Assembly (NCBI GenBank): GCA_965153355.1
Contig: OZ231126.1
Span: 34,286,001 to 34,350,000 of the forward strand
Length of the DNA: 64,000 nt
Direction of reading: 5' to 3'
Origin: Flaccisagitta enflata
Lineage: Eukaryota
Position 1 is the stretch's first letter, and each line of letters opens with the position of its first letter. The translations under genes and the position numbers were made by a program. Of the stretch, positions 1 to 14,800 are shown one piece after another. The notes below the pieces were generated by a model, which saw only the letters and a list, made by a program, of their open reading frames with translations, did no database searches and was not told where the DNA came from.

Positions 1-77
1 GACGGACGGACGGACGGACAGACGGACGGACCGACGGACGGACAGACCCTCTTATAAAGATGCGATGACGCATCTAA
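1..77 (+). mobile_element. End of a DINE-1/HINE-like non-autonomous element (family B), truncated by the window edge
   Basis: (GGAC)n followed by ccctcttataaagatgcgatgacgcatct-aaaaa terminal hairpin; the same end occurs at 18090-18154 and 62000-62090. Confidence 0.55.
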
Positions 78-273
78 AAAAAATACATGAAGCAATGAAA
101 ACTTGTTAAAAGACATCTCTTCACTAAACACAATTCTTGTAGCAAACAAAAGTATAGCAATGATTACTGCTGTTCGTAGTTTGTAACCAAAAACCACAAG
201 TTCAATTGGGACATTAAATTTGTCGGACACCAATTGGGGGTGGCATGCCCTAAACATTCAGCTCTCCTACGCC

Positions 274-447
<174 letters not shown>

Positions 448-2769
448 GTCTTCTGCATCTGTGTATGTGTATGTGTACGTTAAAAAGGGCAAAAAAAAAA
501 AACAAACAGACAAACAAACAAACAATAATAATAAATTTCTTTTTCCCTCTCCACATGTCCTCTTTCCCCTTCTCACCGACATCGGAAAATATCAGGTAAG
601 TGTCATTTTGATATCGGCAGTTTGTGTTGAGTGTTGATTGTTGATTGTTGATTTTTTTTCCTGTCGTTCATTGTTGTCTATTGTTGTTTATTGTTGTCGT
701 AAGTGGGATTAATTTCATTGCCTGGGATTTCCTCTGGATTTTGCTTGCAGAAATTTGCGTCAGAGTTAGTAAGTTTGGAGCTGTTCACAAAGTAGTTTGG
801 AAAAAAGTCGAAGAGACGAAGTCCCTTCGGACTGGTGTCACGCTTAGCCGACCTTGGACGGGATGAAATTCATCAATTTTACATGTTTGAAAATTGAACA
901 AAACCATACATCATCATGTAGCTTACCAATTTTTACATATGAATCCATTCTTGGATTTTCTTAAGTAAGCTCATTTTTCATGTAAATTAGGCTTAGATAG
1001 ATATTGTTGGATATTTTATTACTAGAAAATTTAGCAAAATACAATGAAGAAATCAATATGACAGTGAAATTCGTATTGATAACGTTCAAGCAAACATGTG
1101 TGATCATGTTTCTGAAATTTTTTTAAATTTTTTTAGTTTTTTAAAGAAATCTCTTTAAGTACCATTTCTGGCTAGGTGGGCTGTTGGTAGGGAAAAAATT
1201 TTTACCAAGCTCGGTTTCATGCCAGTGATGAGGCCGTCTGAGGATTAAGGTTTTGTAGGGCTTCATAAGAGTGGCGAATCCGGTGGCACCTATCATGTTG
1301 GGTCTTAAAATGTGCGTATTACCTAGGGGATCACTATTCCAGGCTTGGTTGACCCAATTTCAGGTGCGTGTTCCAATGCCACCAAAAAAACTGCCCAAAA
1401 TGGCCGAAAATGGCCTTTTTTGGCCATTTTTGGCCCTTATACCTATCTTAAACTTGGTGGAGAGCCATAAAATTTTGCATGCACATGTAGTAGACCCTAA
1501 TTAAGTTGTATGTAATGAATATTGAAATTTTGAAAATTTTAAGGTACCTAAATTTGAAAAAAACAGTTTTTTTCCAAGTATGGGTCAAGAAAAATGATAT
1601 CATTACCCCCCTTAATGTTGACCGATTTGGACCAAATTTTTATTGGAGGTACTTCACATCATGGACTACCTCCATGTAAAATTTCATCCAAATCGGAGCA
1701 CTTTAAGTGCCCTAAATTCTGTTCAAAAATCAAAAATTGGAAAAAAATGACTCCGAAAATTGTCTTTGAGCTGGTGGCATTGTCATATCAGGGCAGGGAT
1801 GTATGAACCATGGGCCAAAATTCCTTTAAGAGGCTGTTGGTGATGCCCAAAAAAAATTTCATGACCCTGGGAGCATTTTTTGGCTGTCAAATAACAGTTC
1901 TTTGAAGACCGTCAGACCAAAAATCGCGGAAATTGCCGATTTTAGGCCTTTTTTCAACCTGTAACCTGTAGAAAAGTTGAAATATGGTCCTGAAATTGCA
2001 TGCACATGTAAGAGACCCTAATTATGTTTTATGGAAAAAACATGGAATGTCCAAAAAAATTTAAGGTACCTAAATTTAAAAAAAAAGTTTTTTTCGGGTA
2101 TAGTTGAGAAAAAATGATGTCATTACCCCCCTTATTGTCAACCGATTTGGACAAAATTTTTATTGGAGGTACTTCACATCATGGACTACCTCCATGTAAA
2201 ATTTCATCCAAATCTGAGCACTTTAAGTGCCCAAAATTCTGTACGACAATCAAAAATTGGAAAAAAATGACTCCGAAAATCGTCTTTGAGCTGGTGGCAT
2301 TGTCATATTAGGGCAGGGATGTATGAACCATGGGCCAAAATTCCTTTAAGAGACTGTTGGTGATGCGCAAAAAAAATTTCATGACCTTGGGAGCATTTTT
2401 TGGGTGTCAAATAACAGTTCTTTGAAGACCAAAAATCGCGGAAATTGCCAATTTTAACAGGAAGAAAAGTTGAAATATGGTCCTGAAATTTTGCATGCAC
2501 ATGTAATGGACCCTAATTATGTTTTATGGAAAAAACATGGAATGTCCAAAAAAATTTAAGGTACCTAAATTAAAAAAAAAAAGTTTTTTTCGAGTATAGT
2601 TAAGAAAAAATGATGTCATTAACCCCCTTATTGTCGACCGATTCGGACAAAATTTTTATTGTAGGTACAGTAGATGTCGTGTAGACTTGGAAATATGGGG
2701 GCCCTCATAACCTGACTACCATTTGCGTCAATGAAATAAAACTGTGTCTGTATAATGCTTATGTCCTAT

Positions 2770-3075
2770 AGGGTTGACAATGGGGTATGGCAGCTCTGTG
2801 GATAGAAAATTCTTTTGAATATACTAAAACAAGTTTAATCTGCTCAAACGGCTGCCGGAATTAGTCTAGTGGTTAACACACTTGACTTCAAGTTCTTCTT
2901 AATCAATTCATTTCTCTAAAAGTTCCAGGTTCGAATCCCAGGCTGGATTTACAATAAAAGCAAATAGATGAAGCTGAAATTCTGCTTTAAAAGTGATTGA
3001 TCCTAACATTTTATACTAAAAGTTTTTTTTGTAAGGTAAGCCGTAGTGGGATACCATACCCCATTGTCAACCCCT
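2770..3075. mobile_element. Small TIR element (PIF/Harbinger-like) nested in the MITE
   Basis: Inverted repeat GGGTTGACAATGGGGTATGG / CCATACCCCATTGTCAACCC; flanks resemble TWA but the TSD is imperfect. Confidence 0.6.
2854..2947 (+). pseudogene. tRNA-derived sequence with Pol III A and B boxes
   Basis: A box TAGTCTAGTGG (2862-2872) and B box GGTTCGAATCC (2928-2938); acceptor and T stems do not pair properly. Confidence 0.55.
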
Positions 3076-6000
3076 TAGGGTTTATATATTACACTATCAA
3101 AATATCAGTCCCCTCACTGTACTGATGCTGAGGTTATGAGCTCCCCCGTATTTCTAAGTTTAGACAACATCTACTGTACTTTACATCATGCACTACTGCC
3201 ATGTAAAATTTCCTCCAAATTGGAACACTTTAAGTGCCCAAAATTCTGTACGAAAGTCAATAATTGGAAAAAAATGACTCGGAAAATCATCTTTGAGCTG
3301 GTGGCATTGCCATAATAGGGCAGGGATGTATGAACCATGGGCCAAAATTCCTTTAAGGGACTGTTGGTGAAGCCCCAAAAAAATTTCATGACCCTGGGAG
3401 CATTTTTTGGGTATCACATAATAGTTCTGTGAAGACCGTCAGTCCAAAAATTGTGGAAATTGCCGATTTTAGGCCTTTTTTCAACCTGTAACCTGAAGAA
3501 AAGTTGAAATATGGTCCTGAAATTTTTCATGCACATGTAATAGACCCTAATTATATCTTATGGAAAAAACATGGAATGTCCAAAACAATCAACTTTTGGG
3601 GGGTAACAACATAATATTTCCTCAACTACACTGTTTTTCTGAAATTGTGGTACCTAAAATTTTTTTGGACATTCCACTTTTCTATAAAACATAATTAGGC
3701 TCTATTACATGTGCATGCAAAATTTCAGGACCATATCTCAACTTTTTTTGGGATTACGGGTTGAAAAAGGCCTAAAATTGGCAATTTTTTTAATTTTCAA
3801 AGAATTGTAATTTGACACCCAAAATATGCTCCCAGGGTCATGAAATTTTTTTTGGGCATCACCAACAGTCTCTTAAAGGAATTTTGGCCCATGGTTCATA
3901 CATCCCTGCCCTAATATGACAATGCCACCAGCTCAAAGACGATTTTTGGACTCATTTTTTTCAAATTTTTGATTTTCATACAGAAATTTGGGCACTTAAC
4001 GTGCTCCGATTTGGATGAAATTTTACATGGAGGTAGTCCATGATGTGAAGTACCTCCAATAAAAATTTTGTCCAAATAGTCAACATTAAGGGGGGTAATG
4101 ACATCATTTTTTCTCAACTATACTCGAAAAAACTTGTTTTTTTGAAATTTAGGTACCTTAAATTTTTTTGGACATTCCATGTTTTTTCCATAAAACATAA
4201 TTAGGGTCTATTACATGTGCATGCAAAATTTCAGGACCAACTTCTCTTCAGGTTACAGGTTGAAAAAAGGCTTAAAATCGGCAATTTCCGCAATTTTTGG
4301 TCTGACGGTCTTCAAAGAACTGTTATTTGACACCCAAAAAATGCTCCCAGGGTCATGAAATTTTTTTTGGGCATCACCAACAGTCTCTTAAAGGAATTTT
4401 GGCCCATGGTTCATACATCCCTGCCCTAATATGACAATGCCACCAGCCCAAAGACGATTTTTGGGGTCATTTTTTTCCAATTTTTGATTTTTGTACAGAA
4501 ATTTGGGCACTTAAAGTGCTCCGATTTGGATGAAATTTTACATGGAGGTAGTCCATGATGTGAAGTACCTCCAATAAAAATTTCGTCTAAATTGGTCAAC
4601 ATTAAGGGGGGTAATGACATCATTTTTTCTCAACTATACTCGAAAAAAACTTGTTTTTTTGAAATTTAGGTACCTTAAATTTTTTTGGACATTCCATGTT
4701 TTTTCCATAAAACATAATTAGGGTCTATTACATGTGCATGCAAAATTTCAGGACCATATTTCAACTTTTCTTCAGGTTACAGGTTGAAAAAAGGCCTAAA
4801 ATCGGCAATTTCCGCGATTTCTGGTCTGACGGTCTTCAAAGAACTGTTATTTGACACCCAAAAAATGCTCCCAGGGTCATGAAATTTTTTTTGGGCATCA
4901 CCAACAGTCTCTTAAAGGAATTTTGGCCCATGGTTCATACATCCCTGCCCTAATATGACAATGCCACCAGCTCAAAGACGATTTTTGGAGTCATTTTTTT
5001 CCAATTTTTGATTTTTGAACAGAATTTTGGGCACTTAAAGTGCTCCGATTTGGATGAAATTTTACATGGAGGTAGTCCATGATGTGAAGTACCTCCAATA
5101 AAAATTTGGTCAAAATCGGTCATTTTTAAGAGGGGTAACGACATCATTTTTCTTGACCTATACTCGGAAAAAAACCTGTTTTCAAATTTGGAAATACTGT
5201 TAAAATTTTCAAAATTTCAGAATTTTTTGCATACAACTTAATTAGGGTCTACTACATGTGCATGCAAAATTTCATGGCTCTCCATCAAGTTTAAGATAGG
5301 TGTAAGGGCCAAAAATGGCCAAAAAAGGCCATTTTCGGCCATTTTGGGCGGTTTTTTTGGTGGCATTCGCACATGCACCTGAAATTGGGTCAACCAAGTC
5401 TGGATTTGTATTCCCCTAGGTAATGCGCACATTTCAAGACACAACTTAATAGGTGCCACCGGACTCGCCCTTTTGACCCCTCTAAACTTTGAGCTAGAAA
5501 TCCTTATTCCTCAGACGGGAGGAATCTTAAAAGGAAGCTTCATGCAAAATTTCAACCAGATCGGACAATTATTTTAAAAGTTATGCAATTTTTTCATTTT
5601 TTCATCTGGTAGGCTGGTTGGTCTGGTTGGACTGCTCGACATTCTTTAGGTCGCATCAGATTTTAGGCGAAGGAGCCTCTTGATCCAGATACCAACCATG
5701 CAAAATTTCATTGGGCTAGCTCAAATAGTTCCTGAGATATGCGAATTTGAATTTTGAGAAATTTTACCAAACTAAAAGTTAAAAGCATCGCGCATTTGTG
5801 TGAGAAGCGCTGTGTGGAAACAAAGAATTAACTACGAGGCTTGGTCGGCGAGCGTTACAATTCAATTCTTATTTTTGTAGTGATCAACTTTAGAATTTCA
5901 CTGTGACCAAACGTTTTGGAGTTAAGAGTTGAAATTTTAAGTGCAAGTACAGAAGTTGACCTTCTTTTCCATCATGAAGATGATTTTTTCATCATTTATG

Positions 6001-7139
6001 TCACTATGCCGTGGCATAGTATGAATCATAGTGTGACACAAGTGTGACAGCTACAACAAGGAGCACCTCTGAATTGTAACGCTCCAGGAAAATGTTCATT
6101 TCTCTAGATTGAAAATCGGAGATAAGGTCCTTCAACTAGTCCTTAATGCCATGAAAAAAGAAAAAGTGCTTGATGTTTGATTAAAGATAGGCCTACAAAA
6201 AAAAAGTCTACGTAACTCATTTCTTGTAAAAAATGACAGAAAAATTAAGGGGATGAGTACTATAATTCAAATTCATTTTTTGTCATCTTACAGTTGAAAT
6301 ATTGAATTCAAACTTTCTACACATATCAATGGATTGATAGTGATTGCTTACAAGCTGTTGGATGACCCCCGTTGACATTTTTTGATTGGTTAAACTTGCA
6401 TTTTGCTTGCAGGGACAGAATTGGGACAGGCCAAAATAGACCCTTCTACCCCTGTTTTGGACCCCATAGGGGCAGCCGGTGTGGCAAAAAATGGTTTGGT
6501 ATGGCACATCAGATAGTTAGGTATGTCACCCAACCTTTATGACCTTATGCAATTAAGCAAAAGAAACGATGACAATTCTTCAATGGTGGAGAGTCAGGGT
6601 TTTTCGCGCGCATGACGAAACTCGGAATTAGTCTTCGGTCTTTTTGAGTCCTGCAGAGTTTTTTGGATTTCCCTTTTTCTCATGAAGCGTTTGTGAAAGT
6701 TGATCAGTTTTGGGGGCCAAATGGGACTACGCATGAAATTAATAGCTAAGAAAGAGCTAATTCTCCTCTTTCAGATGAGGCCAAGCAAAATTCTGTGCGA
6801 TCAATACTTTTTGAGCTATGATTTTTTTAATCTTTTTTTATTTTTCCGCATTTTTCGCGTTTTCCCAAAAAACAAGGAATCGAGTTAGTTGAAGTCTTTT
6901 TGAACTTTCAAATGCCTCAGGTGATAATTGTGCATCCTGGCAGCACAGTCTCTCTCTCATTTCAACTCTGGACTCTATGAGTTAGTCTATCCATCGGTCT
7001 GTTGGTCCGTCTGTCCGTCCAAGTGGAAAGTGGAAAAACAAGCGGTCTACATGCTTGTGTGTTGGGGTTGGGGTGTGGATGGGGGTTGGATACCCCTGTC
7101 CACCTGTACAATATTTTATTGTATTCTGTGTTTCAATCT

Positions 7140-7542
<403 letters not shown>

Positions 7543-7730
7543 GCACTAATGATCCGATTTCCATCGTCAATAATTGCAAGACTAGATTTTCCGATCGACT
7601 CGTTCAGTATCAGATGGCGACATCTGCGACATCTGCGACTGCGCACTACTGCCTTTATTAGCTGTCCTCCGCTTTTGCCACCAACCTTCCCCTTAATCAT
7701 TCGCTCATCCATCAAAAATCACATATTTTT

Positions 7731-9194
7731 AGTCGCGTGCATGTGACTCTGTGCTCCACTCTGTCCGTCGGAGTCGGTCCTGTCCGTAGTCAGTCTAAAT
7801 GATGTGGTAACACTTTGCTTTTTTGCATCTTTTTGGGTCGTCTGGAGTTATTTTGAGTCATTTTTTTGTTGTTTTTGGGAATTATTGGTTGCTTTTAGTC
7901 ATTTTTGGTCATTTCTGGTCATTTTTGGTCATTTTTGGTCATTTTGGTCATTTTGGTCATTTTTGATTATTTTTGATTATTTTTGATTATTTTTGATTAT
8001 TTTTGATTATTTTTGATTGTTTTTGATCATTTTTGGTCATTTTTGGTCATTTTTGGTCATTTTTGATCATTTTTGATCATTTTTGGTCATTTTTGGTCAA
8101 TTTTGGTCGAATTTGGTCATTTTTGGTCATTTTTGGTCATTTTTGATCATTTTTAGTCATTTTGGTCATTTTGGTCATTATTGGTCATTAATGGTCATTT
8201 TTGGTCATTTTTAGTCATTTTTGGTCATTTTTGGTCATTTTTGGTCATTTTGATCATTTCAGTCATTTTTGGTCATTATTGGTTATTTTTGGTCATTTTT
8301 GGTCATTTTTGGTTAAAGTCTGCTGGTTAAAGTCTGCTGGGTAAAGACTGATGGTTAAAGTCTGCTGGTTTAAATCTACTGGTTTAAGTCTGCTGATTTA
8401 AGTCTGCTGGTTTAAATCTAATGGGTTAAGTCTGCTGGTTAAAGTCTGCTGGTTTAAATCTGCTGGTTTAAGTCTGCTGGTTTAAGTCTGCTGGTTTAAA
8501 TTTAATGGTTTAAGTCTGCTGGTCTAATGGTTTAAGTCTGCTGGTTTAAGTCTGCTGGTTAACATGATATTAAAGATAAGTATGGTTTAAGTCTGGTTAA
8601 AGTCTGGTTCAAGTCTGGTTTAAGTCTGGTTTACGTCTGGTTTGAGTCTGTTTTTAGTCTGGTTTAAGACTGGTTCATGTCTGATTTAGGTCTGGTTTAG
8701 GTCTGGTTTAGGTCTGGTGTATGTCTGGTTTTTGTCTAGTTTATGTTTGATTTAGGTCTGATTTAGGTCTGGTTTTGGTCTGGTTTTGGTCTGGTTTTGG
8801 TTTGGTTTAATTCTGGTTTGAGTCTGGTTTGAGTCTGGTTTTAGTCAGGTTTGAGTCTGGTTTGAGTCTGGTTTGAGTCTGGTTTGAGTCTGGATTGAGT
8901 CTGATTTGAGTCTGGTTTGAGTCTGGTTTGAGTCTGGCTTAAATCTGGTTTAGGTCTGGTTTATGTCTGGTTTATGTCTGGTTTCGGTCTGGTTTAATTC
9001 TGGTTTTAGTCTGGTTTGAGTCTGGTTTGAGTCTGGTTTGAGTCTGGTTTGAGTCTGGTTTGAGTCTGGTTTGAGTCTGGTTTGGGTCTGGTTTGGGTTT
9101 GGTTTATGTCTGATTTTCAATAAAAAGATACAAAAAGGTCAGGTCAGTTCAGTTATTTCTGTCCTGCACGCGACTTATAGGTGTTGGCCTTGTT
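7731..9194 (-). mobile_element. DINE-1/HINE-like element (family C) with expanded internal minisatellites
   Basis: Ends agtcgcgtgcatgtgact and ggtgttggccttgtt match, inverted, the short copy at 22092-22295; interior is arrays of ttttggtca, gtctgctggtttaa and gagtctggttt. Confidence 0.7.
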
Positions 9195-9598
9195 ACCTAT
9201 TCTACCTTCTTTTCTGGTCGTCCCCTCTTCCCCTGGGTCATCCCTTGTGAAGCACCTTTTCCCCTTTGGTGTTTTCCAACTGCGATGCGGCAAAATAGTG
9301 GAAAGGCTAATGTGTTGTAGAAAACAGGGGTCCATCTTTCCATTCAATTTGGCCGCTGCCCAAAAAGGTAGAGAAAAGAAACCATCACCAGTAGTTGCAT
9401 TGTCTCATGTCCTGTTTAATTATGTGCGACTATCCGACCAACTCTTGGATAGCGATTTTAACTTTGCTAGCTATTTTCTCTCCATGCCCTCCCTGCCCTC
9501 CATGCCCTCCATGTCCTCCCTGCCCTCCGCCTCTAAAGCTAAAGTAATCCACAGAGTCTCTCTCTTTCTTTTGTTTTTCGAAATTCATTGCATAACGA

Positions 9599-10065
<467 letters not shown>

Positions 10066-10367
10066 TTAAAGACGAAGCCATGTCAGTGTGTATCCGTCGG
10101 TGCAAGCGGGCGTGTGCTTGTGTAGTGTGTAGATTGTGAGCCTCTGACTTATGTACTCACAGGAGCTTTATATTCAAATCGAATTTGTAACGTTGTTGGG
10201 CGGAGTGTCTGAGGTCGGGTCTGTGAGTGAAGCCGGCCCCCGATTTCTGCCTTCTGGCTCTCGTTCGTCTCTGAGCCTCAGGTTGGGTCGCAAAACCGCC
10301 TCTCAACCGAAACTCAGTTAAAAGGAATGGTTTCCAATGTACGTGCACACCTCGTCAATAGTAATCG

Positions 10368-10676
<309 letters not shown>

Positions 10677-10770
10677 ATTTCATTTACTAACGTCTGTCAG
10701 ATTTAGCGAAACTGCCCCACCCCCATTTCAGTTGCAATTTATCAGGCCGAAACTGTAATTATTCCTTTTT

Positions 10771-10936
10771 AGTCGCGGACACGCGACCTTACGCCTTGCC
10801 GTGTCGGTCGGTAGGTCGGTCCGTATGTCGGTCCGTCCGTCCGTCACATTTTTGAATTCCGAGCGTTTTTTGCATTACTGCTCCTGCAGTCCTGCCCAAG
10901 CGTCCGCGACTGATTTACCGTGTATCCGGCCTTGTT
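10771..10936 (-). mobile_element. DINE-1/HINE-like element (family A)
   Basis: ttttt-agtcgcggacacgcgac hairpin, (gtcg/gtcc)n, end ccgtgtatccggccttgtt; similar to 60119-60269 and, inverted, 50478-50744. Confidence 0.65.
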
Positions 10937-11295
10937 TTTTTCTTAGTCACTTACCAGTAATGGCGGCTGTCGCCGTGTGGAAAAAAAGTCGTAAGCGTTG
11001 GCCGCTTTCCACAAGCGTTGATCTTCAGTCATTGCAACATTTTTTTTTCATCTCTGCTTTTGTTTGATCATCTCTTTTTTCAGCTGCTTCATCTAGCTCT
11101 TGTGTTGTTTCTCATTCATGCTTTCTCTATTTTCTGTCTTCAATCTTTTGTTCTTACCCAGTTTAAAGAAAAATTGGTAAGAACTATTTTTGAAATGATT
11201 GCATTCAATTAATGAAAAGCAAAACCAGAACAGTTCATGAAAAACAAAGAGATATAAAAAACAAAAATAGAAGTAATGTTTGATTATGTTTCACA

Positions 11296-11606
11296 CAGGG
11301 GTGTATATAATTCCATAACTTTTGATTATTTTCCCCCCTGCCTTTGATTTTCTTCCCCGCGACGCGTTACCAAATCTATGTTTTTCTTCCCCATAAACCA
11401 CTAAATCTGGGTGTTTAAGGTTTAAATAGTGTTAAATTGTGTTTAACTTATCATGTTTTATGATTTTTTTACTGCCATAAGTTATATTTTCCCCAAGTTT
11501 TTTTTTTCTCTTTTTTCCTCCTTCCTCTTCCTTCCTTTTCTCCAAACCCTTTGATTATTTCCCCCCCCCACGGGGGGGGGGGAATACGGAACAATATACA
11601 GGCCTG
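11296..11606. mobile_element. hAT-type MITE
   Basis: CAGGGGTGTATAT...ATATACAGGCCTG termini with 8-bp TSD GTTTCACA (11288-11295, 11607-11614). Confidence 0.88.
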
Positions 11607-11820
11607 GTTTCACATGGCTTTTGGATAAATGTGGTGCAATGATTCATTTTCCATGGCATGATGACAAATTTTTGAGTGTTGTTTGCCAAACATCTGTTGA
11701 GATTAAAGAAAAAAAGTTATATGGCTGATTGAATTCATCCTGTGATGAAATGGTATTAAATTCATATGCATGTCCAAAAAAGTAACCAAAAACAGAACCT
11801 GCCCTGCCAAAAAAGATGAT

Positions 11821-14800
11821 TCAAGTAGGTGTTGCAACCTTTAGTAGCAAGAGATGAGCATGCCTTGATGGTTGATTGCTTTCACCATCAAGTGTCAAGC
11901 TGTCATTGCAATAAAACCAGCTGTTTTCTTTGTGTAAGTAAGTAAGTGGCCACTTGAAAGCATGTTTTCGAGATGATGAATAATCGCTAAAACATTGTAA
12001 GCAATGGTGCCTTGGGCAGTATCAATTTGAACTGATGGGAAAGGGACAGCCTCAGCATTATTTTTCCGGTATCCTCCCCCAAATGGGGTAAACCTTTTCA
12101 GCTGTATGACAATGAAATTTGGTGCTGTCAAAAGTGCCACAGATTTTGAACAAACATTTCCATGACAGTGTGTGCAACTTCTCTCAATGCCATGTTCTGT
12201 TATTTGAAAATAGGATCTGATAGCTTGAGTAGCATCGAATGTCCTACTGTTCAGTGTTCACTTCAAAATTGGCAATATCAACAGGGGCAATTGAATAAGG
12301 TACAATGTCAGAAGTGACTCTTTCCGTCTGAGGAATAAGGATTTCTAGCTCAAAGTTTAGAGGGGTCAAAAGGGCGAGTCCGGTGGCACCTATCAAGTTG
12401 GGTCTTAAAATGTGCACATTACCTAGGGGAATTCAAATCCAGACTTGGTTGACCCAATTTCAGGTGCATGTGCGAATGCCACCAAAAAAACCGCCCAAAA
12501 TGGCCGAAAATGGCCTTTTTTGGCCATTTTTGGCCCTTAAACCTATCTTAAACTTGATGGAGAGCCATGAAATTTTGCATGCACATGTAGTAGACCCTAA
12601 TTAAGTTGTATGCAAAAAAATTTGAAATTTTGAAAATTTTAAGGTACCTAAATTTGAAAAAAACAGGTTTTTTCCGAGTATAGGTCAAGAAAAATGATGT
12701 CGTTACCCCTCTTAAAGTTGACCGATTTGGACCAAATTTTTACTGGAGGTACTTCACATCATGGACTACCTCCATGTAAAATTTCATCTAAATCGGAGCA
12801 CTTTAAGTGCCCAAAATTCTGTTCGAAAATCAAAAATTGGGAAAAAATGACTCAAAAAATCGTCTTTGAGCTGGTGGCATTGTCATAATAGGGCAGGGAT
12901 GTGTGAACCATGGGCCAAAATTCCTTTAAGAGACTGTTGGTGATGCCCCCAAAAAATTTCATGACCCTGGGAGCATTTTTTGGGTGTCAAATAACAGTTC
13001 TTTGAAGACCGTCAGAAAAAAAAACGCGGAAATTGCCGATTTTAGGCCTTTTTTCAACCTGTAACCTGAAGAAAAGTTGAATTATGGTCCTGAAATTTTG
13101 CATGCACATGAAATAGACCGTAATTATGTTTTATGGAAAAAAGATGGAATGTCCAAAAAAATTTAAGATACCTAAATTTCAAAAAAACAAGTTTTTTTCG
13201 AGTATAGTTGAGAAAAAATGATGTCATTACCCTCCTTAATGTTGACCAATTTGGACGAAATTTTTTTTGGAGGTACTTCACATCATGGACTACCTCCATG
13301 TAAAATTTCATCCAAATCGGAGCACTTTAAGTGCCCAAATTTCTGTACGAAAATCAAAAATTGGAAAAAAATGACTCCGAAAATCGTCTTTGAGCTGGTG
13401 GCATTGTCATATTAGGGCAGGGATGTATGAACCATGGGCCAAAATTCCTTTAAGAGACTGTTGGTGATGCCCAAAAAAAATTTCATGACCCTGGGAGCAT
13501 TTTTTGGGTGTCAAATAACAGTTCTTTGAAGACCGTCAGACCAAAAATCGCGGAAATTGCCGATTTTAAGCCTTTTTTCAACCTGTAACCTGAAGAAAAG
13601 TTGAAATATGGTCCTGAAATTTTGCATGCACATGTAATAGACCCTAATTATGTTTTATGGAAAAAACATGGAATGTCCAAAAAAATTTAAGGTACCAAAA
13701 TTTCAAAAAAACAAGTTTTTCCGAGTATAGTTGAGAAAAAATGATGTCATTACCCCCATTTTTTGGGTGTCAAATTACAATTCTTTGGAGACTGTGAGAG
13801 TGAAACGGTCTTCAAAGAACTATTATGTGATACCCAAAAAATGCTCCCAGGGTCATGAAATTTTTTTGGGGCATCACCAACAGTCCCTTAAAGGAATTTT
13901 GGCCCATGGTTCATACATCCCTGCCCTATTATGGCAATGCCACCAGCTCAAAGACAATTTTCGGAGTCATTTTTTTCCAATTTTTGACTTTCGTACAGAA
14001 TTATGGGCACTTAAAGTGTTCCAATTTGGAGGAAATTTTACATGGCAGTAGTGCACAATGTGAAGTACCTCCAATAAAAATTTTGTCCAAATCGGTCGAC
14101 AATAAGGGGGTTAATGACATCATTTTTTCTTAACTATACTCGAAGAAAAACTTTTTTTTTTAATTTAGGTACCTTAAATTTTTTTGGGCATTCCATGTTT
14201 TTTCCATAAAACATAATTAGGGTCCATTACATGTGCATGCAAAATTTCAGGACCATATTTCAACTTTTCTTCAGGTTAAAATCGGCAATTTCCGCGATTT
14301 TTGGTCTGACGGTCTTCAAAGAACTGTTATTTGACACCCAAAAAATGCTCCCAGGGTCATGAAATTTTTTTTGGGCATCACCAACAGTCTCTTAAAGGAA
14401 TTTTGGCCCATGGTTCATACATCCCTGCCCTAATATGACAATGCCACCAGCTCAAAGACGATTTTCGGAGTCATTTTTTTCCAATTTTTGATTGTCGTAC
14501 AGAATTTTGGGCACTTAAAGTGCTCAGATTTGGATGAAATTTTACATGGAGGTAGTCCATGATGTGAAGTACCTCCAATAAAAATTTTGTCCAAATCGGT
14601 TGACAATAAGGGGGGTAATGACATCATTTTTTCTCAACTATACCCGAAAAAAACTTTTTTTTAAAATTTAGGTACCTTAAATTTTTTTGGACATTCCATG
14701 TTTTTTCCATAAAACATAATCAGGGTCTCTTACATGTGCATGCAAAATTTCAGGACCATATTTCAACTTTTCTACAGGTTACAGGTTGAAAAAAGGCCTA

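Larger units (their letters stand above)
2668..3176. mobile_element. Tc1/mariner-type MITE nested in the foldback arm
   Basis: TIR CAGTAGATGT...ACATCTACTG (~35 bp, imperfect); TA duplicated (2666-2667, 3177-3178) inside the host motif ggTActtcacatc, which is intact in sister subrepeats. Confidence 0.85.
1234..5518 (+). mobile_element. Non-autonomous foldback-type DNA transposon, copy 1 (superfamily unassigned)
   Basis: TIR CCGTCTGAGGA(T/A)TAAGG at 1234 and inverted ending at 5518; 4-bp TSD GAGG (1230-1233 and 5519-5522); arms are ~520-bp tandem subrepeats that flip orientation near 3600; no transposase ORF. Confidence 0.9.

Noticed and set aside
2854-2947. Possible UCA-anticodon (opal suppressor/Sec) tRNA that could serve the gag UGA
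   Set aside because: CTTGA-CT-TCA-AG is present but the acceptor and T stems do not pair; treated as tRNA-derived only
836-6084. Outer TIR element (TGTCACGCTTAGCCGACC at 836 / GGTCGGCGAGCGTTACA ending 5859) or a 15-bp inverted repeat at 5850 and 6070
   Set aside because: Inverted similarity is real but there is no TSD and the two pairings conflict; boundaries are not supportable
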